Below are positions 17,671 through 27,379 of a stretch of DNA of 62,324 nt, piece by piece. This DNA is from an uncultured Bacilli bacterium (GTDB lineage Bacteria > Bacillota_I > Bacilli_A > RF39 > UBA660), in the NCBI GenBank assembly GCA_947629405.1, contig CANRDL010000001.1, positions 73,502 through 135,825 on the forward strand, in the 5' to 3' direction. The translations under genes were made by a program, and so were the position numbers. A model generated the notes under the pieces. That model had not been told where the DNA came from, did not search any database, and saw only the letters and a program-made list of their open reading frames with translations. Numbering within the stretch: position 1 is the first letter of the stretch; each line of letters begins with the position of its first letter.

Positions 17671-17683
17671 GAGGGTATAATAT

Positions 17684-19036
17684 ATGTTAAATATTAAGTT
17701 AGATTCAAGAAAAGTAATTCCTGGTGATACATTTGTTGCCATAGTAGGTAGAGAAAGTGATGGACATAATTTTATTGATTCAGCTATTAAAAATGGGGCA
17801 ACAAAAGTTATAGTATCAAAAGATAAAGATTATGGTGTTGAAAAAGTAGTTGTTGATGATACTTTGCAATATTTAAAAGAATACCTAAAAGAAAAATATG
17901 CTGATAAAATAAATTCAATTAATTTAATTGGGGTAACGGGAACTAATGGAAAAACAACATCAAGTTTTATGGCCTATGAACTTTTAAAAAAATTAGGCAA
18001 AAATGTAGCTTATATTGGAACAATGGGTTATTATTTTCAAGATGAAATAAAAGAGTTAGATAATACTACTCCTAATATTATCGATTTATATGATTTAATT
18101 TTATCATCTATTGATAAAGGTTGCGATACTATTATAATGGAAGTTAGTTCTCATGCTTTAGATCAAGACAGGATATATGGTTTTAAATTTAATATTGCCG
18201 CCTTTACTAATCTAACACAAGACCATCTGGATTATCATAAAACAATGGAAAATTATTTAAATTCAAAATTAAAAATATTAGATCATTTAAAAGATGATGG
18301 TGTAATTATTGTAAATAATGATGATGATTATGCTAAATATTTTAAAAAGAAAAACTATAAAACGATTAGTTTTGATAATGGAGATTATTTAATTACTAAT
18401 TATAAAGATAAAGATATAAGTATGGAAATTGAATTTACTTATTTAGAAAGGAATTATCAAGTTAATTTAAATTTAAAAAGTAAATTTAATGTTTATAACT
18501 TTATGATAACTCTAGCAATAATAAATAATTTAGGATATAAAATTGAAGATATTTTAAATGTAACTTCAGTTATTAAAGCACCTAAAGGAAGATGTGAACA
18601 AATTAAAGTTAAAGATGGAATAGCAGTTGTTGATTATGCTCATACCCCTGATGCCGTTTTAAAAATAATTACTGCCTTTTCTGAAAATAAAAAAGGAAAA
18701 ATAATTACTTTAATAGGTTGTGGAGGAGATAGAGATCCTAAAAAAAGACCAATTATGGGAAAAATTGCTACTGAAAAATCTGATTATGTAATTTTTACCA
18801 ATGATAATCCTCGTACTGAAGATGAAAAAAATATTATGAAAGATATTCTCGATGGTGTAAAATTAAATAATTATGAAGTAATTTATGATAGAAAAGAAGC
18901 AATTAACAAAGGTATATCTTTAATAAATAAAAATGATATATTATTAGTTTTAGGTAAAGGACATGAAAATTATCAACTTATTGGTAAAGTAAAACATCAT
19001 TTTGATGATATGGAAATAATTAAAAATGCATTATAA
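17684..19036 (+). CDS. murE: UDP-N-acetylmuramoyl-L-alanyl-D-glutamate--2,6-diaminopimelate ligase
   Basis: LDSRKVIPGDTFVA and GVTGTNGKTT motifs are present. The DNPR motif (TNDNPRTED) suggests meso-DAP specificity. Confidence 0.9.
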   Translation: MLNIKLDSRKVIPGDTFVAIVGRESDGHNFIDSAIKNGATKVIVSKDKDYGVEKVVVDDTLQYLKEYLKEKYADKINSINLIGVTGTNGKTTSSFMAYELLKKLGKNVAYIGTMGYYFQDEIKELDNTTPNIIDLYDLILSSIDKGCDTIIMEVSSHALDQDRIYGFKFNIAAFTNLTQDHLDYHKTMENYLNSKLKILDHLKDDGVIIVNNDDDYAKYFKKKNYKTISFDNGDYLITNYKDKDISMEIEFTYLERNYQVNLNLKSKFNVYNFMITLAIINNLGYKIEDILNVTSVIKAPKGRCEQIKVKDGIAVVDYAHTPDAVLKIITAFSENKKGKIITLIGCGGDRDPKKRPIMGKIATEKSDYVIFTNDNPRTEDEKNIMKDILDGVKLNNYEVIYDRKEAINKGISLINKNDILLVLGKGHENYQLIGKVKHHFDDMEIIKNAL

Positions 19037-19051
19037 AAAATATAAATTTAA

Positions 19052-19081
19052 AAAGATTATTTACTAAAATAATCTTTTTTT
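19052..19081 (+). terminator. intrinsic terminator after murE
   Basis: AAAGATTATT pairs with AATAATCTTT as a 10-bp stem with a 6-nt loop, followed by a T-run. Confidence 0.7.
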
Positions 19082-19121
19082 CATAATAAAACTCCACAAT
19101 AATGTGGAGTTTATTTCAATT

Positions 19122-19198
19122 TGGTGGAGAATAAGGGACTCGAACCCTTGACCCTCTGCGTGCAAGGCAGATGCTCTAGCCAACTGAGCTAATTCCCC
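19122..19198 (-). tRNA. tRNA-Ala (anticodon UGC), CCA encoded
   Basis: The reverse complement folds as a cloverleaf. The acceptor GGGGAAU/AUUCUCC contains the G3:U70 Ala identity pair. The anticodon loop is CUUGCAC, the T-loop is TTCGAGT, and the 3' end is ACCA. Confidence 0.9.
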
Positions 19199-19214
19199 AA
19201 AAGAGAACATATTT

Positions 19215-19243
19215 AATATATCATATTAAAACTAAACTTGCAA
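19215..19243 (-). promoter_or_regulatory. promoter for tRNA-Ala, TTGCAA-17-TATATT on the minus strand
   Basis: On the minus strand, TTGCAA is at 19243-19238 and TATATT at 19220-19215. The spacer is 17 nt. Confidence 0.5.
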
Positions 19244-19340
19244 GAAAAAGTTAATAATTTAGACAAAATAATTCTTTATCTTTTAAAATATGAAAAAAAT
19301 TGTTATAATAAATAAAAATAGAGAGAAAAGATGTGATTCC

Positions 19341-20423
19341 ATGAAAAGTGCTTATATTCATATTCCTTTTTGCAAAAAAATTTGCACTTATTGTGATTTT
19401 TGTAAAATGATTTACAACAATTCATGGATTATGCAATATTTAGATGCTTTAGAAAGCGAAATTAATGATAACTATGATGGTGAAAAGTTAAAATCTATTT
19501 ATATTGGTGGTGGAACGCCATCATGTTTAAATAATGATGAACTAATCAAACTTTTTAATATTATTAATGTTTTTCAAAGAGATGAGGACATAGAATTTAC
19601 TTTTGAATGTAATTTATGTGATATAAATGAAAATTTATTGGGTATACTTAAAAAAAGTGGGGTCAATAGATTAAGCATCGGGATTGAATCATTTGATTCT
19701 AGATTACTAGAAATTATGAATCGTTCAGCTGATTATGACGATGCTTTATCTAAAATAAATTTATGTCGTAAAATGGGATTTGAAAATATTAATATTGATC
19801 TAATATATGGATTTAATATTGAGGATGTAAGCATGTTAAAATCGGATATTAAAAAGATATTAAAATTACAACCGGAACATATTTCAACTTATTCACTAAT
19901 AATAGAAGATAATACGCAAATGGGTATCAGTAAAATAAAACCAATTGATCAAGATTTAGATGCAAAAATGTATGATACTATATGCAAAATGTTAAAAAGA
20001 AAAGGTTACAATCATTATGAAATAAGTAATTTTTCTAAAATTGGTTATGAATCTTTTCATAATATAAATTATTGGAAAAATAACGAATATTATGGTTTTG
20101 GCCTTGGAGCACATGGATATATAATGGGTTTTAGATATGAAAATACTAGAAGTTTAAATGATTATCTAAAAGGAAAATTTCACTTAAAAGAAAATATTTT
20201 ATCTAAAGAAGAAAAAATGCAAAATGAACTAATGCTTTCACTTCGTCTAAAAAAAGGGATTAACATAAAAGAATTTTATCATAAATTTGGTACAAATATT
20301 CAACAGGTTTTTGATTTTAATGAAGTTATAAATAATAAAGATATTATTTATAAAAATGGCTATATTTTTATACCTGAAAATAAATTTTATGTTATGAATG
20401 AAATTTTACTGAAATTATTATGA
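19341..20423 (+). CDS. hemW: radical SAM heme chaperone HemW (HemN-like)
   Basis: MKSAYIHIPFCKKICTYCDFC is the CxxxCxxC motif in its typical N-terminal position, and a HemN_C-like tail follows. The ORF track starts at 19290, but no ribosome-binding site is visible there. Confidence 0.8.
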   Translation: MKSAYIHIPFCKKICTYCDFCKMIYNNSWIMQYLDALESEINDNYDGEKLKSIYIGGGTPSCLNNDELIKLFNIINVFQRDEDIEFTFECNLCDINENLLGILKKSGVNRLSIGIESFDSRLLEIMNRSADYDDALSKINLCRKMGFENINIDLIYGFNIEDVSMLKSDIKKILKLQPEHISTYSLIIEDNTQMGISKIKPIDQDLDAKMYDTICKMLKRKGYNHYEISNFSKIGYESFHNINYWKNNEYYGFGLGAHGYIMGFRYENTRSLNDYLKGKFHLKENILSKEEKMQNELMLSLRLKKGINIKEFYHKFGTNIQQVFDFNEVINNKDIIYKNGYIFIPENKFYVMNEILLKLL

Positions 20424-20434
20424 GGAGGAAATTT

Positions 20435-21343
20435 ATGAAAAAACTAATTATATTTATAGTATTATTAATTATTAGTTTTTTTAATATTGAAAATTGTTTA
20501 GCCATTGAAGAACCGGAAACATCTTCAAGTATTAGTTCCCAAGAACCAGTTGAAGAATCTAAAGAAGTTTCCTCATCAAGCGAAATTTCTTCAAGTGTAA
20601 AATTATCTAATGATGCTAATTTAAAATCATTAAAAATTAACAATGGAGTTTTATCTCCAAACTTTAGTCCCAATACTACCAATTATTCTTTAACAGTTAA
20701 TGAAAATATTTCTTCTGTAACCTTTAGTGCTTCTTGTAATAACTGTAAGTCAATATCAGGACTTGGTTCTTTTAAAGTATATAATGGTACAAATAATCAT
20801 ACTATAAAAGTAGTTTCCGAAGATGGACTAAATACCAAAACTTATAATATATATATTACTAAAAAAGAAAGTAACAACGAAATTGATAATTCGGTATCAG
20901 CTGATTTAAAAAGCTTAAAAGTAAGAGGCTATAAAATTTCTCCGGAATTTAGCAAATTAATAAATGAATATACTGTTACCATTAATAAAGGAGAAAAATC
21001 AATTTATATAGATTATGAAGCAGTTGAAAATGAAGCTATAGTTACTATTAAAGGAAATAAAAATTTAAAAATTGGAGTCAATAAAATTACTATAATAGTA
21101 ACCAATGGCAAAAAAGAACAAGTTTACTATTTAACTGTTAATAAAGAAAAAGCAAAAACTAAATCAAAAATTGATAAAAATACCAAAACTAATAGTAAAA
21201 AGAAAGATTATATTTTAATATCTATTATATGTGGAAGTGCTTTATTAATAATTTTAATTGCTTGGTATTTTATATTTATGCATAAAAAAGTATCTTTAAA
21301 AAGAAAAGTTAAAAAATTAAAAAAAAAAATAAATGAGAAATAA
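20435..21343 (+). CDS. secreted, C-terminally anchored protein with two cadherin-like beta-sandwich modules
   Basis: A signal peptide follows the AGGAGG site, and there is an S/E-rich linker. Two modules start LKSLKINNGVLSPNFSPNTTNYSLTV and LKSLKVRGYKISPEFSKLINEYTVTI. The C-terminus has a TM helix and a basic tail. Confidence 0.6.
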   Translation: MKKLIIFIVLLIISFFNIENCLAIEEPETSSSISSQEPVEESKEVSSSSEISSSVKLSNDANLKSLKINNGVLSPNFSPNTTNYSLTVNENISSVTFSASCNNCKSISGLGSFKVYNGTNNHTIKVVSEDGLNTKTYNIYITKKESNNEIDNSVSADLKSLKVRGYKISPEFSKLINEYTVTINKGEKSIYIDYEAVENEAIVTIKGNKNLKIGVNKITIIVTNGKKEQVYYLTVNKEKAKTKSKIDKNTKTNSKKKDYILISIICGSALLIILIAWYFIFMHKKVSLKRKVKKLKKKINEK

Positions 21344-21383
21344 TTTTTCAAACATCTAATAATATTTATTAGGTGATTTTTTT

Positions 21384-22037
21384 ATGAAGTTAATTGCTCA
21401 TCGTGGTCTTTATGGGGAAAATATTAAAGAAAATACAAAAAGGGCGTTTAAAGAAGTTTTAAAAAATAAAAAATATGTTGGTGCCGAATTTGATATACAT
21501 GAAACTAAAGACCATAAATTTGTAGTAATTCATGATTCGTTAATAAATAGAACGAGTAATGGAAAAGGTTTAGTAGCAAATTTAACATATAAAGAATTAT
21601 TAAAATATAATTTTGGCAGTTCAAAATATCCTGAAAAAATACCACTTTTGGAAGAAGTATTAAATATTTTAAAAAATAAAATTAAAGTAATTGAGATAAA
21701 AAATGTTATAAGTTTTAATTCTTTAAATAAAATTTTAAGTAAATATGAAAATATATATGTAGCTAGTTTTTATAAAAGAAATATTTTAGCATTAAAAGAT
21801 TTTAATCCCAAATATAAATTAGGTATTTTTAATAATCTGTTTAATGCTCAAGATTCTTATAAACCTTATAATTTTATTGGGATTTTTTATAAATTAGCTA
21901 CTAAAAATATTGTTAATTTTTTTAAAAATGAAAATATGGAAATTTTTTTATTTGGTATAAAAAGTATGCAACAAATAAAAAATATACAAAATAAAAATAA
22001 TTTTTATATAATTATTGATGAAAATTATTTGAAGTAA
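21384..22037 (+). CDS. glycerophosphodiester phosphodiesterase family protein
   Basis: IAHRG...ENT..AF...EFDIHETKDHKFVVIHD is the GDPD signature. Confidence 0.85.
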   Translation: MKLIAHRGLYGENIKENTKRAFKEVLKNKKYVGAEFDIHETKDHKFVVIHDSLINRTSNGKGLVANLTYKELLKYNFGSSKYPEKIPLLEEVLNILKNKIKVIEIKNVISFNSLNKILSKYENIYVASFYKRNILALKDFNPKYKLGIFNNLFNAQDSYKPYNFIGIFYKLATKNIVNFFKNENMEIFLFGIKSMQQIKNIQNKNNFYIIIDENYLK

Positions 22038-22081
22038 GTAGGAAAATAAGATATAATATTTTATAGTAAAGGAAGATAGTT

Positions 22082-24385
22082 ATGAAAAGTGATAATGAGT
22101 TAGAAATATTGATGCATAATCATGAAATAAAGGATAATGCTGCCAATATAATTAAAACTACTAAAAAATTAGTAGAAGAATTTGCCGATTCTTTGGAATT
22201 AAAAGATAAATTAGTACTTGAAGGAGCTATCTCAGAATTAAAAAATGCTTTAATAGCCAATGATATTGAACAAATAGAGGAAAAAGCGGAAGTTTTAAAA
22301 GCTATTGCAATTGAAGTATCAGATAAAATTTATGATGGTCATATTGACAATGCCCAAGAATTTGAAGAAAATAATGAAAATGATGTTAAAGACGATAATA
22401 AAGAAAATGATGACACTAATGCTGAGAATAAGAAATCTGACGATGATAAAACTAAAAAATCCTCTAAAGAAGATGATTCAGAAAACGAGGATGATGCTAA
22501 ACCTGACAAGAAAAAAAAGAATAAAAAAGGTAAAAAGTCCGATAAAAAAGATAAAAAAAAGTGGAAAGATTTTAGTAAAAAGAAAAAAGCCTTAATCATA
22601 ATTATTCCGATAGTTATTATAATTTTAATAATTTTAAGTTATTTCTTATTTATAAGAAAAGATAATGTTTTAAATGAAGATAATTACTATTATAAAAATG
22701 GTGTTTTATATTTTAAAAACTCTGATGGAATGGAAATTGGTAAATATAAATGTCAAAACAAAAATGCTGATTTATGTATGGTAGCTAATGAATTTGATGA
22801 TGATAAATTTGATAAAGTTCAAAATGTTTTAAAAAATAATCAAAAATTTTATGTAAGAAGTAAAATATATTATGATAGATATGTATTTATATTTGATAAT
22901 AGTAAAAAGTCAGCAAAAAAAATTATCCTATATGATATTAAAAAATCTAAAAATTTAAAAACATTTTATGGTGTTAAATCATATGTATTAAATAAAAAGA
23001 ATTATATTGTTGTGAGAAATAAAAAAAATAAAGAATTTTTAGTAGACATCAACAAAAATAAAATAGAAGTTTCTAAAGATGTATATGATTATATAGGAAT
23101 AATTACAAAAAATAAATCAAAATTAAATTATATTATAAAAAATGATGAAGTATATAGTATTTTAGATTCTTCTAAAGTATCTCTTTATGAAGGAAAGGGT
23201 ATAATCAAAAATTATAATGATGATTATGTTGTAATTTCTGATGATAATGAATATAAATTAATCGATTATAAAGGTAATGAAAAAGATTCTAAAGCTGATT
23301 ATATTTCGTTATATAACGATTTTTATGTATATATTAAAGATAATATTATGAATTTATATACTTATGATAAAGTTAAATTAATTCCTGAAGATATTAAATT
23401 AAATAATAAATATTACAATAAAATAAATACAATTAAAGATGGTAAAGTAGTAAGTTCTAAACAGGCATTCTCTATTAGTTATAAAAATAATGAGATTAAT
23501 ATTACAGTATATAAAAATAATAAAAAAACTACTAAGAAGTTTGATCTTAATGAATTACTTTTAAATTCTAAATTATCTTATTATTCTTACAGTGATAAAA
23601 ACTTATATTTTTATAAAGATAAAGAAAAGACTGAATTATTAGGTAAATATACATGCTCAAATAAAAATACTATAACTAAAGATAGTAATAAATTAAATTC
23701 ATGTTATATTTTCTCATCATCTAATTTTAAAGAACATATATTTTCATCAAGATATGTATTTGTAAAAGATGGTAATAATGTTAACTTGTATGATATCTCT
23801 ACTAGCAAAACTTTAAATACATATTCCGATTTAAAAGCTAGTGTAAATAATAATTTTTATATAAATGATATTGTTTATGTTACCGTTATTGATAATAGTA
23901 ATAAACAAGGACTTATAAAAATTCAAAAATCTAATATTGATAATTTAATTAACCCTAAGTATGAATTTTTAGAAATGATTAATGAAAAATATGTAAAAGT
24001 AAAAGAAAATTCTTCTTATAAATTACTAGATATAAATGGTAAAAATTTAACTGCTAATTATAAAAATAATTTTTATGCTATAAAAAATTCTAGTTCTCGC
24101 TATGAGGTATATTCTTTTGAAAGTAATAGACAAATTAGCGGGGAATTTACTAATGTTAAATTTTATGATAAATATGTCGCTGTTGTAAATGATAATAATA
24201 TTTTACTTTTATATAATTATAATGCTGATAGATTAATAGATGGTGTAGGTGTAGCATCTAAAAGCAATTTTGATATAACTGATAATGGTTCAACAACAGT
24301 AATTTCTTCTGGTGGCAATAGCTATGTATATAATAATTCTTCTATACCTTGGTTAAAAATTAATAAAGGTGAGGAAAATGAATAA
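22082..24385 (+). CDS. large single-pass membrane protein: helical N-domain, K/D/E-rich tract, TM helix, and a repetitive beta-rich ectodomain (WG-repeat-like)
   Basis: The TM segment ALIIIIPIVIIILIILSYFLFI is at about aa 170-192. Motifs recur, such as EYKLIDYKGNE, SYKLLDINGKNL and GKY[KT]C.NKN. It is paralogous to the next gene. Confidence 0.5.
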   Translation: MKSDNELEILMHNHEIKDNAANIIKTTKKLVEEFADSLELKDKLVLEGAISELKNALIANDIEQIEEKAEVLKAIAIEVSDKIYDGHIDNAQEFEENNENDVKDDNKENDDTNAENKKSDDDKTKKSSKEDDSENEDDAKPDKKKKNKKGKKSDKKDKKKWKDFSKKKKALIIIIPIVIIILIILSYFLFIRKDNVLNEDNYYYKNGVLYFKNSDGMEIGKYKCQNKNADLCMVANEFDDDKFDKVQNVLKNNQKFYVRSKIYYDRYVFIFDNSKKSAKKIILYDIKKSKNLKTFYGVKSYVLNKKNYIVVRNKKNKEFLVDINKNKIEVSKDVYDYIGIITKNKSKLNYIIKNDEVYSILDSSKVSLYEGKGIIKNYNDDYVVISDDNEYKLIDYKGNEKDSKADYISLYNDFYVYIKDNIMNLYTYDKVKLIPEDIKLNNKYYNKINTIKDGKVVSSKQAFSISYKNNEINITVYKNNKKTTKKFDLNELLLNSKLSYYSYSDKNLYFYKDKEKTELLGKYTCSNKNTITKDSNKLNSCYIFSSSNFKEHIFSSRYVFVKDGNNVNLYDISTSKTLNTYSDLKASVNNNFYINDIVYVTVIDNSNKQGLIKIQKSNIDNLINPKYEFLEMINEKYVKVKENSSYKLLDINGKNLTANYKNNFYAIKNSSSRYEVYSFESNRQISGEFTNVKFYDKYVAVVNDNNILLLYNYNADRLIDGVGVASKSNFDITDNGSTTVISSGGNSYVYNNSSIPWLKINKGEENE

Positions 24386-25343
24386 AAAAGCCTTTATAGC
24401 TACAACGGTGGCTTTAATATTATTTTTTATTGCTATTACCATATTAAGTTCATTTTTAAATAATCAAAAATCTTTAAATCAAGAAGTTAAAAAAGCAGAA
24501 GTTCCCGTAAAAACTTTAACTTTTAAAGATTCTTTTAATAAAACTATTGGTACTTATAAATGTCATTATAAAAATTGTGATTATGCAATGACTAAAATAG
24601 ATGATGATAGCTATAGTTTAGAATATTTGGTAAGTGAAGAACAAATATATGAAGATATTATTAATGATCGTTTTGCTTTAATTGAGGATTATAATGATGA
24701 AAATGATCGAAAGACTATAATATATGATATTCAAAATAATTCTAAATATATGACGGTTGATTCTATTAAAACATATAATATTGATTTAGAAAATAATTAT
24801 TTTATATTTAGTCAAAATAATAAATATGGTATTGTTAATTTAGGTGATAATCCCAAAATTTTATTTAATGCTAATTATGATTATATTGGGGTATCTAATC
24901 AAGTTGATCCTACTAAAAATAAACTTATTGCTGAAAAATTTGCCGCAATGCAAAATAATAGATGGATGATCATTGATCTATCAGGTAATGCTTTGTCGCC
25001 AATTTTTAATTCTCCAATCGCTAATTATAATGGTTTATATATTACGACAATTGAAAATGGAAAATATAAACTTTATGATTATGATGGAAAAGAGTATTTT
25101 AGTAATATAGATAAAGATTATATTAGTTTTACAGCCAAATTTGTAAATATTGTGCGAAATAAAAAATTACAAGTTATCGACCCTGCTACTAATAAAATTA
25201 TTGTAAATAATATAGATCTTGAAAAAGAAAATTATAATTATGGAAATTCATTTAATATCAAAGTTGAAAATAATAAACTAATTGTATTAATTTTTAGCAA
25301 TTCTAATAATACTAAAAAACTTTCATTTGATATTAAGGATTAA
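24378..25343 (+). CDS. membrane-anchored paralog of the preceding ectodomain (WG-repeat-like)
   Basis: An N-terminal TM anchor is followed by IGTYKCHYKNCDYAM, NNKYGIVNLGD and KYKLYDYDGKEYF, which match motifs in 22082-24385. ATG 24378 follows GGTGAGG. Confidence 0.5.
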   Translation: MNKKAFIATTVALILFFIAITILSSFLNNQKSLNQEVKKAEVPVKTLTFKDSFNKTIGTYKCHYKNCDYAMTKIDDDSYSLEYLVSEEQIYEDIINDRFALIEDYNDENDRKTIIYDIQNNSKYMTVDSIKTYNIDLENNYFIFSQNNKYGIVNLGDNPKILFNANYDYIGVSNQVDPTKNKLIAEKFAAMQNNRWMIIDLSGNALSPIFNSPIANYNGLYITTIENGKYKLYDYDGKEYFSNIDKDYISFTAKFVNIVRNKKLQVIDPATNKIIVNNIDLEKENYNYGNSFNIKVENNKLIVLIFSNSNNTKKLSFDIKD

Positions 25344-25440
25344 AAAGTAAAAAATTAATAGTTTAATTTTTTACTTTTTTAGTATAATAATTTGACTGAT
25401 AAATTTATATATTATATAATTTTAAAGGGAGATTTAGTAT

Positions 25441-26442
25441 ATGGAAACAAATATTTTTATCCCAGGAAGATTATGCCTTATTGGCGAACATTCTGATTGG
25501 GCAGCTATCAAAAATCAAAAATATGGATATGCAATTGCTACAATTTTAAAAGAAGGTATTTATGCTAAAGTTTCCAAAAATGATAAAATTATTATTTGTG
25601 ATAATAAAAATGTTATTTTAAAATCTGATTTATCATTAAAACAATTGGAACAAAATTTAAAAGATAAGTATTTAAAATATATTGCTAATGCATGTTATTA
25701 TATTTTAAATAATTATAATGTTGGTGGAATAAAAATAAATATATATAAAACCACTTTATTAGTAAAAAAAGGTTTAGCATCTTCAACAGCAATTATTTTA
25801 ACAATAATTGAATCATTTAATGAAGTATATAATTTAAAATTATCTAAAAAGAAAAAAATGCAAATTGCATATGATGTCGAACATTATCTTGGTTCAAAAT
25901 GTGGAATGTTAGATACAATTTGTGCATATAAAAATGGTACTTATTTAATTGAATTTAGAAAAACTAAAACATTAATTAGTAAAATAGATATTAGTAAAAA
26001 ATTTTATTTTATATATGCTGATTTAAATAAAAGTAAAAATACATTAAAAATATTATCCGATTTAAATAATAATTTTGATAAAAGTAAAAAAATGCAAAAA
26101 TTTTTAGGAATTCATAATGAAAGATTTGTGAATAAAGCAATAGAGTATTTAAAAAAAGGAGATTCTTTAAAATTAGGAAAAGTCATGGTAGATTTTCAAA
26201 AAGAATTTGATAAAAGTTTAATTCCTGCTTCAAAATATTTGGAGGCTCCATATTTGCACAAGTTATTAAATGATAAATTTATTAAAAAGAATTCTTACGG
26301 AAGAAAAGGCATTGGTTCAGGTGGTGATGGTGGTATTCAAATATTAGCCAAATCCAATCTAGCCCAAAAAGAAATTATAAATTATTTAAAAGAAAAATAT
26401 GATATTAATGCTATAAGTTTAGTATTAGAAGAGGAGAAGTAA
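25441..26442 (+). CDS. GHMP family sugar kinase (galactokinase-like)
   Basis: PGRLCLIGEHSDW is a galactokinase-type signature, and KKGLASSTAIILT is the GHMP ATP motif. Confidence 0.7.
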   Translation: METNIFIPGRLCLIGEHSDWAAIKNQKYGYAIATILKEGIYAKVSKNDKIIICDNKNVILKSDLSLKQLEQNLKDKYLKYIANACYYILNNYNVGGIKINIYKTTLLVKKGLASSTAIILTIIESFNEVYNLKLSKKKKMQIAYDVEHYLGSKCGMLDTICAYKNGTYLIEFRKTKTLISKIDISKKFYFIYADLNKSKNTLKILSDLNNNFDKSKKMQKFLGIHNERFVNKAIEYLKKGDSLKLGKVMVDFQKEFDKSLIPASKYLEAPYLHKLLNDKFIKKNSYGRKGIGSGGDGGIQILAKSNLAQKEIINYLKEKYDINAISLVLEEEK

Positions 26443-26444
26443 AT

Positions 26445-27368
26445 ATGGATTTAATTAGTTTAGTAGTACCTGTTTTTAATGAAGAAAAAACTATTCCCAT
26501 TTTTTATAAGGAATTTAATAAATTAAAGAAAAAAATGAAGAATGTTAAATTTGAATTAATATTTGTGGATGATGGCTCTAAAGATAATACGAAAGATGTG
26601 ATTAAAAATATTGCCAAAAATGATAAAATTGTAAGATATATAATTTTTTCTCGTAACTTTGGCAAAGATGCAGCAATGTTTGCTGGTTTGGAAGCTTCTA
26701 AGGGAGATTATACAACTACTATGGATGTAGATTTACAAGATCCACTAGATTTATTAATTCCAATGTATGATGCTGTAAAAAGTGGAGAATATGATTCAGC
26801 TGCAGCTTATAGGATATCGCGTAAAGGTGAAAGTTATATTAGAAGTTTTTTTGCTCATATGTTTTATAAATTAATGAAAAAAATAACAAAATTAGATATA
26901 AAAGATGGAGCAAGAGATTATCGTTTAATAAATAAAAATATGAAAAATGCTGTTTTACAATTGAAAGAAAAAACTCGATTTATAAAAGGTATCTATGAAT
27001 GGGTCGGTTTTAAAACTAAATGGATATCTTATGAAAATATAAATCGGGTAGAAGGAAAAACAAAATGGTCTTTTTGGAAATTATTTAAAAATTATATTGT
27101 AGGAATTACTGCTAATTCTAATTTAATTTTAACTTTAATTACTTTTTTAGGAATTTTATTTTGTTTAACTTTTGGATTACTATTAATATTATTTTTATTA
27201 TTATCTTTAGTTAATTCTACCAATTTAATAATTTTATTTGGATGTCTATTTACTGGTATTATTTTAATTGCTTTAGGTATAGTAGGTAATTATATTTCCA
27301 AAATTTATATTGAAACCCAAAACAGGCCAATATATATTGTAAAAGAAACAGAAAAAGAAATGAAATAA
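26445..27368 (+). CDS. GT2 polyprenol-phosphate glycosyltransferase (GtrB/ArnC-like)
   Basis: ISLVVPVFNEE and FVDDGSKDNT motifs, a DVDLQDP motif, and two C-terminal TM helices. Confidence 0.85.
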   Translation: MDLISLVVPVFNEEKTIPIFYKEFNKLKKKMKNVKFELIFVDDGSKDNTKDVIKNIAKNDKIVRYIIFSRNFGKDAAMFAGLEASKGDYTTTMDVDLQDPLDLLIPMYDAVKSGEYDSAAAYRISRKGESYIRSFFAHMFYKLMKKITKLDIKDGARDYRLINKNMKNAVLQLKEKTRFIKGIYEWVGFKTKWISYENINRVEGKTKWSFWKLFKNYIVGITANSNLILTLITFLGILFCLTFGLLLILFLLLSLVNSTNLIILFGCLFTGIILIALGIVGNYISKIYIETQNRPIYIVKETEKEMK

Positions 27369-27379
27369 TCATTTCTTTT

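Noticed and set aside
22305-22599. ORFs 22305-22595 (+) and 22339-22599 (-), which overlap the large membrane protein gene.
   Set aside because: They are alternative-frame readings of a K/D/E low-complexity (AAG/GAT/GAA-rich) tract. The long frame with a TM helix and ectodomain is the real gene.
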